Below, piece by piece: positions 21,936 through 31,633 of a DNA stretch of 64,000 nt. Every line of letters starts with the position of its first letter. The first letter of the stretch is position 1. The notes under the pieces were generated by a model. It was given only the letters and a program-made list of their open reading frames with translations, was not told the DNA's origin and did no database searches. Origin of the DNA: Clostridiaceae bacterium (lineage in GTDB: Bacteria; Bacillota; Clostridia; DSM-8532); assembly GCA_012521615.1 (NCBI GenBank), contig JAAYMA010000058.1:7809-71808 (forward strand), read 5' to 3'. The translations under genes were made by a program, and so were the position numbers.

Positions 21936-24900
21936 TCACAGTTGCGACTTCAATTTTTGCATACCCTGTAATAGAATCTTAATATTATTCAGTATCTCGC
22001 GGGTACTCATTCCTTTTGTTCTCAATGAAAGGTAGGGCTGATTTCCTGCGCTGAACATAAGCTTGCCCTGCCACTGGACCAATAACTGACCTATTTCTTC
22101 AAGATCCAATGCTGCCGGTTCAGCAAAATACAGCACCACTGTGTCGGGTTTCTGTTTAATGACTGAAAATCCCATATTTCCCGCCAGATTCTTAATGAAT
22201 GCAATATCGATCAAATTTATAGTTTCTTCGGGAATATCACCATAACGGTCGATGAGTTCATCCTGTATGTCTGATATATCTTCTTCGGATTCCACAGCCG
22301 ATATAATCCGGTATATATCAATGCGCTGATCTTCATCAGAGATGTAATTTGCATCAATATATGCATTGGTTTTAAACTCAACTGTAGTTTCAATATCCCT
22401 GGTACTGACAGATTCTCCTTTAAGCTCTGAAACAGTTTCATCCAGAAGTTTCAGATACATGTCGTAACCGACAGTTTCCATATGTCCATGCTGTTCAGGT
22501 CCCAACAGATTTCCCGCACCTCTTATCTGCAGGTCCCGCATAGCTATCTTAAAGCCTGAACCGAATTCGGTGAACTCTTTTATAGCTTTGAGCCTTTTTT
22601 CAGCTATTTCGTTAAGAACTTTATCACGCCTGTACGTAAGATATGCATAAGCCAGTCGATTGGACCTTCCTACCCTTCCCCTAAGCTGATATAACTGGGC
22701 AAGACCCAAACGGTCGGCGTCCTCCACAATAATTGTGTTTACATTCGGCATATCAATTCCTGACTCTATGATGGTTGTACATACCAAAATATCAAATTCT
22801 TTATCAACAAAAGATTGGATGACTTTTTCCAAAGTCCGTTCACTCATCTGTCCATGGGCATAATTTAATTGGGCATGGGGAACCAAACGCTGTATCTGGG
22901 CCATTTTACTTTGGATACCCCGGACTCTGTTATATAAATAAAACACTTGGCCGCCCCGGGATAATTCACGGTTTATTGCATCCCTTATTATATCGTCCCT
23001 GTACTCCACCACATAGGTCTGAACCGGGTAGCGGTCTTCAGGCGGGTCTTCCAGTAAGCTTATATCCCTTATACCTGACAAAGACATATTAAGAGTTCTT
23101 GGAATGGGCGTAGCAGAAAGAGTTAATATATCAACACTTGGATAACGCATTTTAATGGTCTCTTTATGTTCAACGCCAAATCTCTGTTCCTCATCAATTA
23201 TTAAGAGCCCCAAATCCTTGAATTTGACTTTTTCGGACAGCATCATATGTGTTCCAACCAAAATATCGATTTTGCCACTTTTAAGGTCACGGAAGATTCT
23301 TTTCTGCTCGGAATCTGATCTGAAACGGCTCAGCATTTCTATATTAACCGGAAAACCTGAAAAACGCACTTTGAAATTCTCAAAATGCTGTGCAGCCAAA
23401 ACTGTAGTAGGAACTAAAAACGCAGTTTGCTTCCCATCCATCACAGCCTTGAAAGCAGCCCGCAGTGCTACCTCTGTTTTCCCATAGCCTACATCCCCGC
23501 ACAAAAGCCTGTCCATTACTGTCTCTTTCTCCATATCGGCTTTTATCTCTTCAATACAGCGCAGCTGGTCCGGAGTCTCCTCATAGGGGAAAGATTCTTC
23601 AAACTGTTTTTGCCAGACAGTGTCAGGAGAAAAAGCATGACCTTTAATATTCTGCCTCTCTGCCTGGATACGAATAAGATTTTCAGCCAGCTCACGTATA
23701 GATTCTTTGACTTTCGCCTTGGCTTTTGCCCATTCAGTCCCGCCCAGTTTATTGAGTCTGGGACGTTTTCCTTCTGAGCCTATATACTTTTGGATCAGAT
23801 CCATATTTGTAGTCGGTATATAAAGCAGTCCGCCATCTTTATAGGAAATCTTCAGGTAATCTTTTCTTACACCCTCCACCTTCAGCTGCTCAATACCGTT
23901 ATAAACACCTATACCATGGGTTTGATGCACTACATAGTCGCCAATTTTCAAATCGGTGAAAGATGAGATTCTTTTTCCCCGCTGAACAGCTCTCGGTCTT
24001 TTTCTTGCTTTAACAAAGGCAATATCGCTTTCAGCTATAACTGCTATCTTTTCATCCCTGTAAATAAAACCTGTCTGAAGCTGCCCCCTGTCTACCAGTA
24101 CCGGTATCTCTTCAGGCCATGTGTCCTGGGTTGCTGATGCCACCAATATGTCGTTTTCCCTTATTTCTTCCATGACCCTTTGTTTGCGTTCCAGAGTAGA
24201 GCAAAGTATAAGGATCCTGTATTTTTCATCCTTCCACTTTTGTATATCCTCTATCAATAAATCAAACTTTCCGTTGTAAGGACTGATACTTGATCCATCA
24301 ATGTTAAATTTGGGTGCTATACTGCCTGTTATGGATGTTCCGTCTTCAAAAGGTACAAATGTGACAACAGAGTTGTTTACAACTCTATCTACAAGCTCAT
24401 CAATATCAAAGAGCATCGAAAAGGTACCTTTTAAGATCATGCCTTTTTCCATGAGAGTTTCGCAAAGATTGTTAAGGTCATAAATAACATTGTCGGATCT
24501 TTCTCTTGTTCTTTCAGGTTCCTCAAAAAAGACAAGATGACTGGTTTTCAGATAATCAAAAAGAGAAGCTTTCTTTTCTAATAAATAAGGGATAAACTTA
24601 TCCACGCCTGTGAAATAGTGGCTGTCCTGAAGCTTATCAATGTAACCGGAAATATTTTTCCTTAAAAGCTCACTTATTTCTGGAGATACAGAATTTATAG
24701 TATCAGAAAGACCGTTAAGAATTCTGTCTCTGATTTCGTCAACTTCATCGAATGAATAAACTATCTCCCTGGCAGGATATATCTTAAGAGCATCACATAT
24801 GTCTGTGGAGCGCTGACTTTCCGGAGAAAACCAGCGCATAGAATCTACTTCTATATCAAAGAACTCTATCCTGCAGGGCATATCGACGTTAACAGGGAAA

Positions 24901-25442
24901 ATATCAAGAATTCCGCCACGTTTTGCATACTGTCCTTTTCCCTCAACCTTTTCCTCCCTGCGATACCCCATTTCCAGAAGCTTCTGTTCCAGCTTATCGT
25001 TCTCGATTAAATCACCGGGTTTAAAACACAATATTTTTTCTTTGAAATTTTCGGGAGGCATTATAAAATGCATCAGTGCCTCTACAGAAGTGACTATAAA
25101 ATCGTATCCGCCATCTAAAATCCTGACCAGAGTCTGTATTCTGTCGTATGTTTGTTCAAAACTCCTGGCCTCCACATCATACAGCATTATCTCCCTGTTC
25201 GGAAGGAAAAGAGCCTTTTCTCCTGTCAGATAGGATAAATCGTTATAGGCATGTTTTGCCTGCATCTCATTCCATGCCACATATAGCCCTTTCATGCCGG
25301 ATGCCTCTGAAAGCATGTGAGCAAGATGCCGCTTCTGTGAATCAGAAACTCCGCTTATTACAACCTCATTTTCTTTTTTTATTCCATTTATAATGCTCTT
25401 AAACTTTTCACTTTTTTTTAAGAAGTCAGAAAAATATTTCAT
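21936..25442 (-). CDS. mfd: Transcription-repair coupling factor
   Basis: About 1170 aa with a UvrB-homology N-terminus, a CarD-like domain, superfamily 2 helicase motifs (GDVGYGKTEVA, DEEQRFG) and a TRCF C-terminus. The ATG at 25442 has GAGAGG 6 nt upstream. ORF track gives 21936..25502. Confidence 0.95.
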   Translation of the reverse strand: MKYFSDFLKKSEKFKSIINGIKKENEVVISGVSDSQKRHLAHMLSEASGMKGLYVAWNEMQAKHAYNDLSYLTGEKALFLPNREIMLYDVEARSFEQTYDRIQTLVRILDGGYDFIVTSVEALMHFIMPPENFKEKILCFKPGDLIENDKLEQKLLEMGYRREEKVEGKGQYAKRGGILDIFPVNVDMPCRIEFFDIEVDSMRWFSPESQRSTDICDALKIYPAREIVYSFDEVDEIRDRILNGLSDTINSVSPEISELLRKNISGYIDKLQDSHYFTGVDKFIPYLLEKKASLFDYLKTSHLVFFEEPERTRERSDNVIYDLNNLCETLMEKGMILKGTFSMLFDIDELVDRVVNNSVVTFVPFEDGTSITGSIAPKFNIDGSSISPYNGKFDLLIEDIQKWKDEKYRILILCSTLERKQRVMEEIRENDILVASATQDTWPEEIPVLVDRGQLQTGFIYRDEKIAVIAESDIAFVKARKRPRAVQRGKRISSFTDLKIGDYVVHQTHGIGVYNGIEQLKVEGVRKDYLKISYKDGGLLYIPTTNMDLIQKYIGSEGKRPRLNKLGGTEWAKAKAKVKESIRELAENLIRIQAERQNIKGHAFSPDTVWQKQFEESFPYEETPDQLRCIEEIKADMEKETVMDRLLCGDVGYGKTEVALRAAFKAVMDGKQTAFLVPTTVLAAQHFENFKVRFSGFPVNIEMLSRFRSDSEQKRIFRDLKSGKIDILVGTHMMLSEKVKFKDLGLLIIDEEQRFGVEHKETIKMRYPSVDILTLSATPIPRTLNMSLSGIRDISLLEDPPEDRYPVQTYVVEYRDDIIRDAINRELSRGGQVFYLYNRVRGIQSKMAQIQRLVPHAQLNYAHGQMSERTLEKVIQSFVDKEFDILVCTTIIESGIDMPNVNTIIVEDADRLGLAQLYQLRGRVGRSNRLAYAYLTYRRDKVLNEIAEKRLKAIKEFTEFGSGFKIAMRDLQIRGAGNLLGPEQHGHMETVGYDMYLKLLDETVSELKGESVSTRDIETTVEFKTNAYIDANYISDEDQRIDIYRIISAVESEEDISDIQDELIDRYGDIPEETINLIDIAFIKNLAGNMGFSVIKQKPDTVVLYFAEPAALDLEEIGQLLVQWQGKLMFSAGNQPYLSLRTKGMSTREILNNIKILLQGMQKLKSQL

Positions 25443-25528
25443 CAACAACCTCTCACTCGTTGACTGTACAAATACTATAACCATTACAATTTCTGATTTC
25501 AAGTATTGTCCGTAGGTATTTTTTAAAT

Positions 25529-27376
25529 TCAGTCAACGTTGCCACTTAGTGCAAGACTATGTTTAATCTGCTCCGCAAGCTTAGGTCCTATTCCTGCAAC
25601 TTTAGCTATATCTTCAACTGAAGCTTCTTTAATTTTTTTAACCGAGCCGAAGGTCTTCAATAAGCTTTTCTTGCGGACAGGTCCAACTCCCGGGATACTA
25701 TCCAGTGCAGAACTTTGAATACGCTTCTTTCTCAGCACTTTGTTATATGCAACTGCATACCTGTGAGCTTCGTTCTGAATGGAAGCAATAAAACGCAGTA
25801 TGTCCTTATCTTTATTCAGATAAATTCCGGTGACCCCATTTACCAGTCTGTGGGATCTGTGCCTGTCATCCTTAGCCATGCCCCATACCGGAACTTCTAT
25901 CCCAAGATCATCCAATACCTCTTTTACTACATTGGCATGCTGGGCACCGCCATCTATGAGTATTAAATCGGGCAATACCGAGAAAGCTTCGTCGCTTGAA
26001 CCCGAAAGATAACGGTTAAATCTTCTTAATATGGTCTCCTGCATACTTCCATAATCATTCTGTTCAGTAATTACTTTCATTTTAAACCTTCTGTAGTTCT
26101 GCTTATCGGGTTTTCCATCCCTGAACACCACCATGGAAGCTACTATTTCAGTACTGCCGGTATTTGAGACATCATATGCCTCTATCACAGAAGGGGTTTT
26201 TTCAAGCTGCAGCGATTCCTGAAGCTTTTTTAGGACTTCTTTGGATTTGGCCTGTTCAGCCAGTACCTTCCTGTTATACAGCTCCAGTTCTTCTCTGGCA
26301 TTTTGTGCTGCCATGTCGATAAGATCGGCCTTTACTCCCCTCTTGGGAACAATGAGGTATACTTTGCTTCCTCTTTTCTCTGAAAGGATTTTTGATATAG
26401 CTTCAATATATTCAGGCTCATATTGGACGGCAATTTCCTTTGGAATTTTAGAACCTTGGTCATAGTATTGAACGAGGAAACTCTCAATAATCTCGGCAGG
26501 CTGCAGCATTCCCGTACCTTCCAATACAAATGAACGCTTTCCAACAAGTCTTCCGTCCCTTACAGAAAGCACAGTTACTGCATGATGATAGGTATTGGCA
26601 TAAACTCCGATTACATCCCGTTCCTCAAATTTGAGAGAATAAACTGCCTGTTTTTTATACAATTCATTTATACTTTTTATTCTGTCTCTTAAAACAGCTG
26701 CTTTCTCGAATTGCAATTCTTCTGCAAACTTATTCATTTCTTCATTAAGCCTTTTAATAACATCATCATGCCGTCCTTCAAGGAAGGAAATGGCATTTTT
26801 GACCAACTCCCCATATTCCTCCTTGGAGATTTTCCCTGCACATGGTGCCGAACATAATCCTATATGATAGTAAAGACACGGTCTATGCTTCTTTTGGTCG
26901 CTGGAGATCTGCCGGCGGCAAGTTCTTATAGGGAAAAGGCGTCTTAAAAGATCAAGGGATTCTCTTACGGCAGAGACATTTACGAAAGAACCAAAATATT
27001 TTGCGCCATCATTCTTTACCTGACGCGTTATTTCTATCCGGGGAAATTCTTCCTGGGTGGTAATTTTAATATATGGGTAGGTCTTATCATCCTTAAGCAG
27101 TATATTGTACTTGGGCTTATGCTTTTTTATCAGTGTATTTTCAAGTATCAGAGCCTCTTCTTCTGTGTGGGTAACAATGTATTCTATAGATTCTACATTG
27201 GAAACAAGCTTTAATGTCTTTGCATCACGGTCTTCCCGGTATTGGAAATAAGAGCGTACCCTGTTTTTTAAAATCTTGGCCTTTCCAACATAAATAACCT
27301 CGCCATCGCTGTCCTTCATTATATAAACCCCGGGCAGCTCCGGAAGATTTTTTAGCGTTTCTGATAATTCTGCCAT
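25529..27376 (-). CDS. uvrC: Excinuclease ABC subunit C
   Basis: 615 aa with an N-terminal GIY-YIG domain (GVYIMKD...VIYVGKA), a UVR domain, an endonuclease V-like domain and C-terminal HhH motifs. Confidence 0.95.
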   Translation of the reverse strand: MAELSETLKNLPELPGVYIMKDSDGEVIYVGKAKILKNRVRSYFQYREDRDAKTLKLVSNVESIEYIVTHTEEEALILENTLIKKHKPKYNILLKDDKTYPYIKITTQEEFPRIEITRQVKNDGAKYFGSFVNVSAVRESLDLLRRLFPIRTCRRQISSDQKKHRPCLYYHIGLCSAPCAGKISKEEYGELVKNAISFLEGRHDDVIKRLNEEMNKFAEELQFEKAAVLRDRIKSINELYKKQAVYSLKFEERDVIGVYANTYHHAVTVLSVRDGRLVGKRSFVLEGTGMLQPAEIIESFLVQYYDQGSKIPKEIAVQYEPEYIEAISKILSEKRGSKVYLIVPKRGVKADLIDMAAQNAREELELYNRKVLAEQAKSKEVLKKLQESLQLEKTPSVIEAYDVSNTGSTEIVASMVVFRDGKPDKQNYRRFKMKVITEQNDYGSMQETILRRFNRYLSGSSDEAFSVLPDLILIDGGAQHANVVKEVLDDLGIEVPVWGMAKDDRHRSHRLVNGVTGIYLNKDKDILRFIASIQNEAHRYAVAYNKVLRKKRIQSSALDSIPGVGPVRKKSLLKTFGSVKKIKEASVEDIAKVAGIGPKLAEQIKHSLALSGNVD

Positions 27377-27419
27377 ATGAGAACACCTCCCTATATTCTA
27401 TTTATAAACAAACAGACAA

Positions 27420-27445
27420 ACAAAAAACCGGCTATAAAGCCGGCA
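27420..27445 (-). terminator. Intrinsic terminator after the HPr-like gene
   Basis: Minus sense: CCGGCT-TTAT-AGCCGG followed by TTTTTTG. Confidence 0.7.
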
Positions 27446-27462
27446 CCATCAATACTTTTTAG

Positions 27463-27726
27463 TTATTCAATCATCCCGTTATTAGCAAATACCTCAAGCT
27501 CTTTTATTGCTATGGCCTCGTCCCTGCCATCGGTAATAATGGTTATCTTATCTCCCGGACTAATACCAAGGGATAAGAGCCCCAACAGGCTTTTTGCATT
27601 TGCTTTTCTTTCACCTTTTTGTATCCAGATATTTGCTTCATAACTGGAAGCCTTTTGAATTAATCGGGCGGCCATTTTGGATTCTAAACCCGTTTTGCTT
27701 GATATTGTAACTTCTTTAGCTATCAT
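27463..27726 (-). CDS. HPr-family protein lacking the His15 phospho-site (Crh-like)
   Basis: Aligns by eye with HPr: GLESKMAA occupies the place of GIHARPAT, while the Ser46 region NAKSLLGLLSLGI is retained. The ATG at 27726 has GGAGG 10 nt upstream. ORF track gives 27463..27735. Confidence 0.75.
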   Translation of the reverse strand: MIAKEVTISSKTGLESKMAARLIQKASSYEANIWIQKGERKANAKSLLGLLSLGISPGDKITIITDGRDEAIAIKELEVFANNGMIE

Positions 27727-28006
27727 TTTGTACATTCCTCCATAGCTGTTACCTGCGTAACCGCAATTGTATTATACTATATAAGTCTGAAAAATAAAAG
27801 GTGTTTTTTACATTCCCGTTATAATTGTAATTTTGTTAAAAAAACCTGTCATTAGCAAACATTTTTTGCACATAAAATCAAGTAAATTTAATGTTTTTTC
27901 CCACAACAAATATTATGCGGGAAAACAAGGACCTATAATCTTATAATACATTTTTCCTATTTAGAATTCAGTCCGGATAAGTTATCCTTTTTATGGGTGA
28001 TATATA

Positions 28007-28357
28007 ATGCAATATGATTTCTACTACACATCCCCGTCAGGCAGAGTAATTCCTGTTATAGCCGCTAAAGGATTCAAACACAAATTTTTAGGATTAACGG
28101 GATATGAAAAAAGAGATTATGGTCTTTTACTGGAACCTTGCAAGTTTGTACATACTTTTTTTATTAAGTACCCTGTAGATATCATTTATTTGGATAAAAA
28201 CAATAAGGTCATTACCACAAAACGATATATCAAACCCTTTAGAATATCATTGCCCGTTCCCGGTGCAAAAAAAATATTAAAGTTCCCATCCTCCCTTAAT
28301 GCCATAGCATTTTTAAAAGAAGGAACGAACATAGAACTTTCCAAAACGATATATTAA
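28007..28357 (+). CDS. DUF192 domain protein
   Basis: 116 aa. The pattern F..LGLTG....YGLLLEPC..VHTFF..YPVDIIYLD fits the DUF192 (COG1430) family. Confidence 0.6.
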   Translation: MQYDFYYTSPSGRVIPVIAAKGFKHKFLGLTGYEKRDYGLLLEPCKFVHTFFIKYPVDIIYLDKNNKVITTKRYIKPFRISLPVPGAKKILKFPSSLNAIAFLKEGTNIELSKTIY

Positions 28358-28401
28358 ACCAGAAAAAATAATCTTGCGGGTACAGGTCCGGGACACATAT
28401 A

Positions 28402-29205
28402 TCATGCAGTAACCCGGACTCTGCTGTCAGATATACATTTCTGCGGACATACTTTAGCACATTCACCGCAATTTGTACATTTTTCAGGATCAATAACAGC
28501 CAGAAAATCCGATACTGTAATAGCATCACTCGGACAAGCCTTAACACACATCCTGCATCCAATGCATGCCACTTTGCAGGCTTTCCTTGCAACAGCACCC
28601 TTGTCTTTATTTGAGCAAAATACGGTAAAACCTGAAGTAACAGGCACCATGTGTATTATATGCTTAGGGCACTCCTCGACGCATTTGCCGCAGCCTGTGC
28701 ATTTTTCCGAAATGATTCTCGCAACTCCGTTTTCTATAACAATGGCATCAAAAGGACAAACCGCCTTGCAGCTTCCTAAGCCCAGACAACCGAAATTGCA
28801 GGTTCCGGCCCCGCCGGAAAGAAGGTTTGCTGCATGACAATCTTCTATGCCTTCATATTTATATTTAAGCTGAATGTTGTCAAATCTACCGTCACACATT
28901 ACCCTGGCTTCTTTTTCAACAACTTCGCCGGATGCAATGCCCATAAACCCGGATATTTGTTTCACCATGGAAGCCCCGCCTACAGGACATCTGTCGGGTG
29001 CGACACCTTCGTTGACAATGGCTTCAGCAAGCCCATCACAACCTGAAAAACCACAGGCACCACAATTTGCACCCGGAAGCATTTCCCTTACTTTTTCTAT
29101 TCTTTCATCCACTTTAACTTCAAAGACTTTCGAAGCAATGGAAAGGCCAACTCCGAAAAACAGACCTAATCCTGATACAATTGCAACCGGTATTATAACG
29201 CTCAT
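28402..29205 (-). CDS. rnfB: Rnf electron-transport complex subunit B (polyferredoxin)
   Basis: N-terminal TM, the CGACGFSGC motif, then several CxxCxxCxxxCP 4Fe-4S motifs. Last gene of the rnfCDGEAB order. Confidence 0.9.
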   Translation of the reverse strand: MSVIIPVAIVSGLGLFFGVGLSIASKVFEVKVDERIEKVREMLPGANCGACGFSGCDGLAEAIVNEGVAPDRCPVGGASMVKQISGFMGIASGEVVEKEARVMCDGRFDNIQLKYKYEGIEDCHAANLLSGGAGTCNFGCLGLGSCKAVCPFDAIVIENGVARIISEKCTGCGKCVEECPKHIIHMVPVTSGFTVFCSNKDKGAVARKACKVACIGCRMCVKACPSDAITVSDFLAVIDPEKCTNCGECAKVCPQKCISDSRVRVTA

Positions 29206-29320
29206 ATATTTCTCCCTTTCTTAGGAATAATAAAATCTTACTTGCAATATCTTTTTTAATTTATTCTTCCAGTCCTAAATTTTCAAATTTTAGTTTCCAT
29301 ACTATGACTTCTAACTTCCA

Positions 29321-29902
29321 TTATGGTATTATCAGACTTGCAAAACCCATAAAAGCAATGGACACAAGTGAGGCTGCAACGAGAGTAATTGGCATACCCT
29401 TAAATGCTTTGGGAATATCACATGTTTCAAGTCTCTCTCTCACACCTGAAAACAGTATTAATGCCAATGTGAAGCCCAAACCTGCTGCAAATCCAAATAC
29501 TACTGCTTCTATGAAGGTATAGTCCCGCTCCACAAAAAGAAGTGCCGAACCCAGAACTGCACAGTTAGTTGTAATGAGTGGCAAATAAACACCTAAGGCC
29601 TTGTAAAGGGATGGAATCATCTTTTTCAGAACTATCTCAACCAGCTGAACCAATGAAGCAATGGTCAGAATAAATGCTATGGTCTGGAGATATTCCAAAC
29701 TGTTCGGTTTTAACAGATAATGGTTAACAAGCCATGTAACAGCCTGGGAAAGAACCATAACAAAAACAACAGCCCCGCTCATACCTACAGCAGTTGATGT
29801 TTTCTTTGAAACACCCAGGAAAGGGCATATCCCAAGAAACTTGGACAGTACAAAGTTTTCTACGAAAATTGCACCAATAAGTATGGCAAATAATTCTTTC
29901 AT
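29321..29902 (-). CDS. rnfA: Rnf complex subunit A
   Basis: 193 aa polytopic protein with the RnfA/NqrE-like sequence ENFVLSKFLGICPFLGVS. Confidence 0.9.
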   Translation of the reverse strand: MKELFAILIGAIFVENFVLSKFLGICPFLGVSKKTSTAVGMSGAVVFVMVLSQAVTWLVNHYLLKPNSLEYLQTIAFILTIASLVQLVEIVLKKMIPSLYKALGVYLPLITTNCAVLGSALLFVERDYTFIEAVVFGFAAGLGFTLALILFSGVRERLETCDIPKAFKGMPITLVAASLVSIAFMGFASLIIP

Positions 29903-30588
29903 TATGCCTCACCTCCATGCATGGCTTTGCTGCAGCCTGGACAACCTGCCGCACAGCCTGTTTCTTCCTGAGTTTCAGTCTCGGATTTTTTCCTGTCTGC
30001 AAGTTTATTGAAAGCTGCAATTAAAAATCCCATTACTAAAAACCCGCCTGGAGGAAGGATAAATAAAACCGCAGGATCAAACAATTTTGCAGTAACAGGA
30101 ATGCCCATCCAGGTTCCTGCACCCAGGATTTCACGGACAGACCCGATGAGGGTTATCGCCAAAGTAAAGCCTGCTCCCATTCCAAGACCATCTATTACAG
30201 CAGCTACAGGACCATTTTTTTGTGCGAACATTTCGGCGCGGGCGAAAATTATACAGTTTACAACTATCAGTGGTATATAAATGCCCAGTTGCTTATTCAG
30301 TTCAGGTAAAAAACCGGCAAGAAGTAATTGAACAATGGTTGTAAATCCTGCAATCACAGTAATGAAAACCGGTATGCGAACTTTGTCGGGAACTATTTTT
30401 CTTATAAGTGAAATAACCAAATTTGATCCAACGAGAACAAAAGTTGCTGCAGCTCCCATTCCCAAACCATTTTTGGCCATTGTAGTAACAGCCAGTGAGG
30501 GGCACATTCCCAAAAGCAGTCTAAAAGTTGGATTTTCTTTGATTATTCCATTTGTAAATATTGAAAGCAATCCTTTTTTCTCTTCCAT
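29902..30588 (-). CDS. rnfE: Rnf complex subunit E
   Basis: 228 aa with the RnfE/NqrD-like sequence NPTFRLLLGMCPSLAVT. Unusual Cys-rich C-terminal tail (GCAAGCPGCSKAMHGG). Confidence 0.9.
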   Translation of the reverse strand: MEEKKGLLSIFTNGIIKENPTFRLLLGMCPSLAVTTMAKNGLGMGAAATFVLVGSNLVISLIRKIVPDKVRIPVFITVIAGFTTIVQLLLAGFLPELNKQLGIYIPLIVVNCIIFARAEMFAQKNGPVAAVIDGLGMGAGFTLAITLIGSVREILGAGTWMGIPVTAKLFDPAVLFILPPGGFLVMGFLIAAFNKLADRKKSETETQEETGCAAGCPGCSKAMHGGEA

Positions 30589-30589
30589 G

Positions 30590-31633
30590 TCAGTTACCTC
30601 CCGCCAATGAGTTTATCAAAGCTATTGCATCAGTTACTCCCCTGGTAACTGCAAGAGATGAAACAGTTGCACTGCTTACGGCTTCAATCTCGTTTCTCTC
30701 GTTTGAAGGTCTTGTCACAACTTTAAACATATTACCCTCAGGAATTACCCCTTTAAATTGTTCAAGGAACTCAGTATCTGTCACCTGAGACCCCAGACCG
30801 GAAGTTTCAGTGTGTTCGACAACTTTTACACCTGTTATATTTTTTTCTGTATCAAATCCCACCATCATTGTTAAAGGTCCACCGTATCCTTCTGAAATAA
30901 CTTCCACCACATAGCCTATACCTTCTGCAGTATACAGATTTACAATTCTCTCAGTCACATCATAGCCTTCAGACATAAGCATTTCCGCCGGAACGGGTTC
31001 GGTAAAATCAACGGCACCCGGAAGAACTGCTTGTTTCGGATCCTTTTGTTCTTCCTTAACACCATCTATAATTGCACTTACAAGTTTTGCCGCGTCCGAT
31101 GCCCCTTGGGTTACAGCCATTGTGGATATGGTGGCACCGCTTACAGCCTCTATTTCCGAATCCGATTTGGATACACCTTTAATAACTTTAAAACCGTCTT
31201 CAGGTATCTGACCATAATGCTGCTGTAGAAATTCTTCATCCGCTACTTTCGCACCAAGACCGGGGGTTTCATTATGACTGGTAATTTTTATACCTTTAAT
31301 ATTTTTATCAAGGTCAATTCCAATCATCATATTTACTTCCCCGCCATATCCTTTTACAGCAGCCTCGACCACATAACCAGCATCAACGGCTTCATAAATA
31401 TTCCTTATGGTACTGCTTACAGGAAAACCTTCTTCTTTGAGTTCTTCATATGATATGGGTTCAGAAAAACTCGAGCTTCCCGGCAGTACTTCAGCCATGG
31501 CTTCCTGCCTGGCAATTCTCTCATTTTCTTCAATAATTGGCTGAGTAATACCGTTAACGTATGCAAGAGCACCGGTAACTACAGCACAAACAATAAATAG
31601 TATCAAAGATGGCTTTATAACTTCTTTATACAT
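30590..31633 (-). CDS. rnfG: Rnf complex subunit G with two tandem FMN-binding domains
   Basis: N-terminal TM then two homologous FMN_bind units, each with a flavinylation-type motif (SGATIS around Thr173, SSATVS around Thr328 in ORF-track numbering). The ATG at 31633 has GGAGGTGG 5 nt upstream. Confidence 0.85.
   Translation of the reverse strand: MYKEVIKPSLILFIVCAVVTGALAYVNGITQPIIEENERIARQEAMAEVLPGSSSFSEPISYEELKEEGFPVSSTIRNIYEAVDAGYVVEAAVKGYGGEVNMMIGIDLDKNIKGIKITSHNETPGLGAKVADEEFLQQHYGQIPEDGFKVIKGVSKSDSEIEAVSGATISTMAVTQGASDAAKLVSAIIDGVKEEQKDPKQAVLPGAVDFTEPVPAEMLMSEGYDVTERIVNLYTAEGIGYVVEVISEGYGGPLTMMVGFDTEKNITGVKVVEHTETSGLGSQVTDTEFLEQFKGVIPEGNMFKVVTRPSNERNEIEAVSSATVSSLAVTRGVTDAIALINSLAGGN

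Noticed and set aside
28296-28598. 100-aa minus-strand ORF bridging the DUF192 3' end and the rnfB 3' end
   Set aside because: It is out of frame within rnfB, whose Fe-S motifs clearly define the real frame, and antisense to DUF192. There are no start signals.
29724-30505. Nested same-strand ORFs (29724..30020, 30302..30505) within rnfA/rnfE, and similar nested or antisense ORFs inside mfd, uvrC, gatA, leuS, ctp and other long genes across the window
   Set aside because: In every case the overlapping long ORF has unmistakable family motifs. The shadow ORFs are alternative-frame artefacts typical of long genes.
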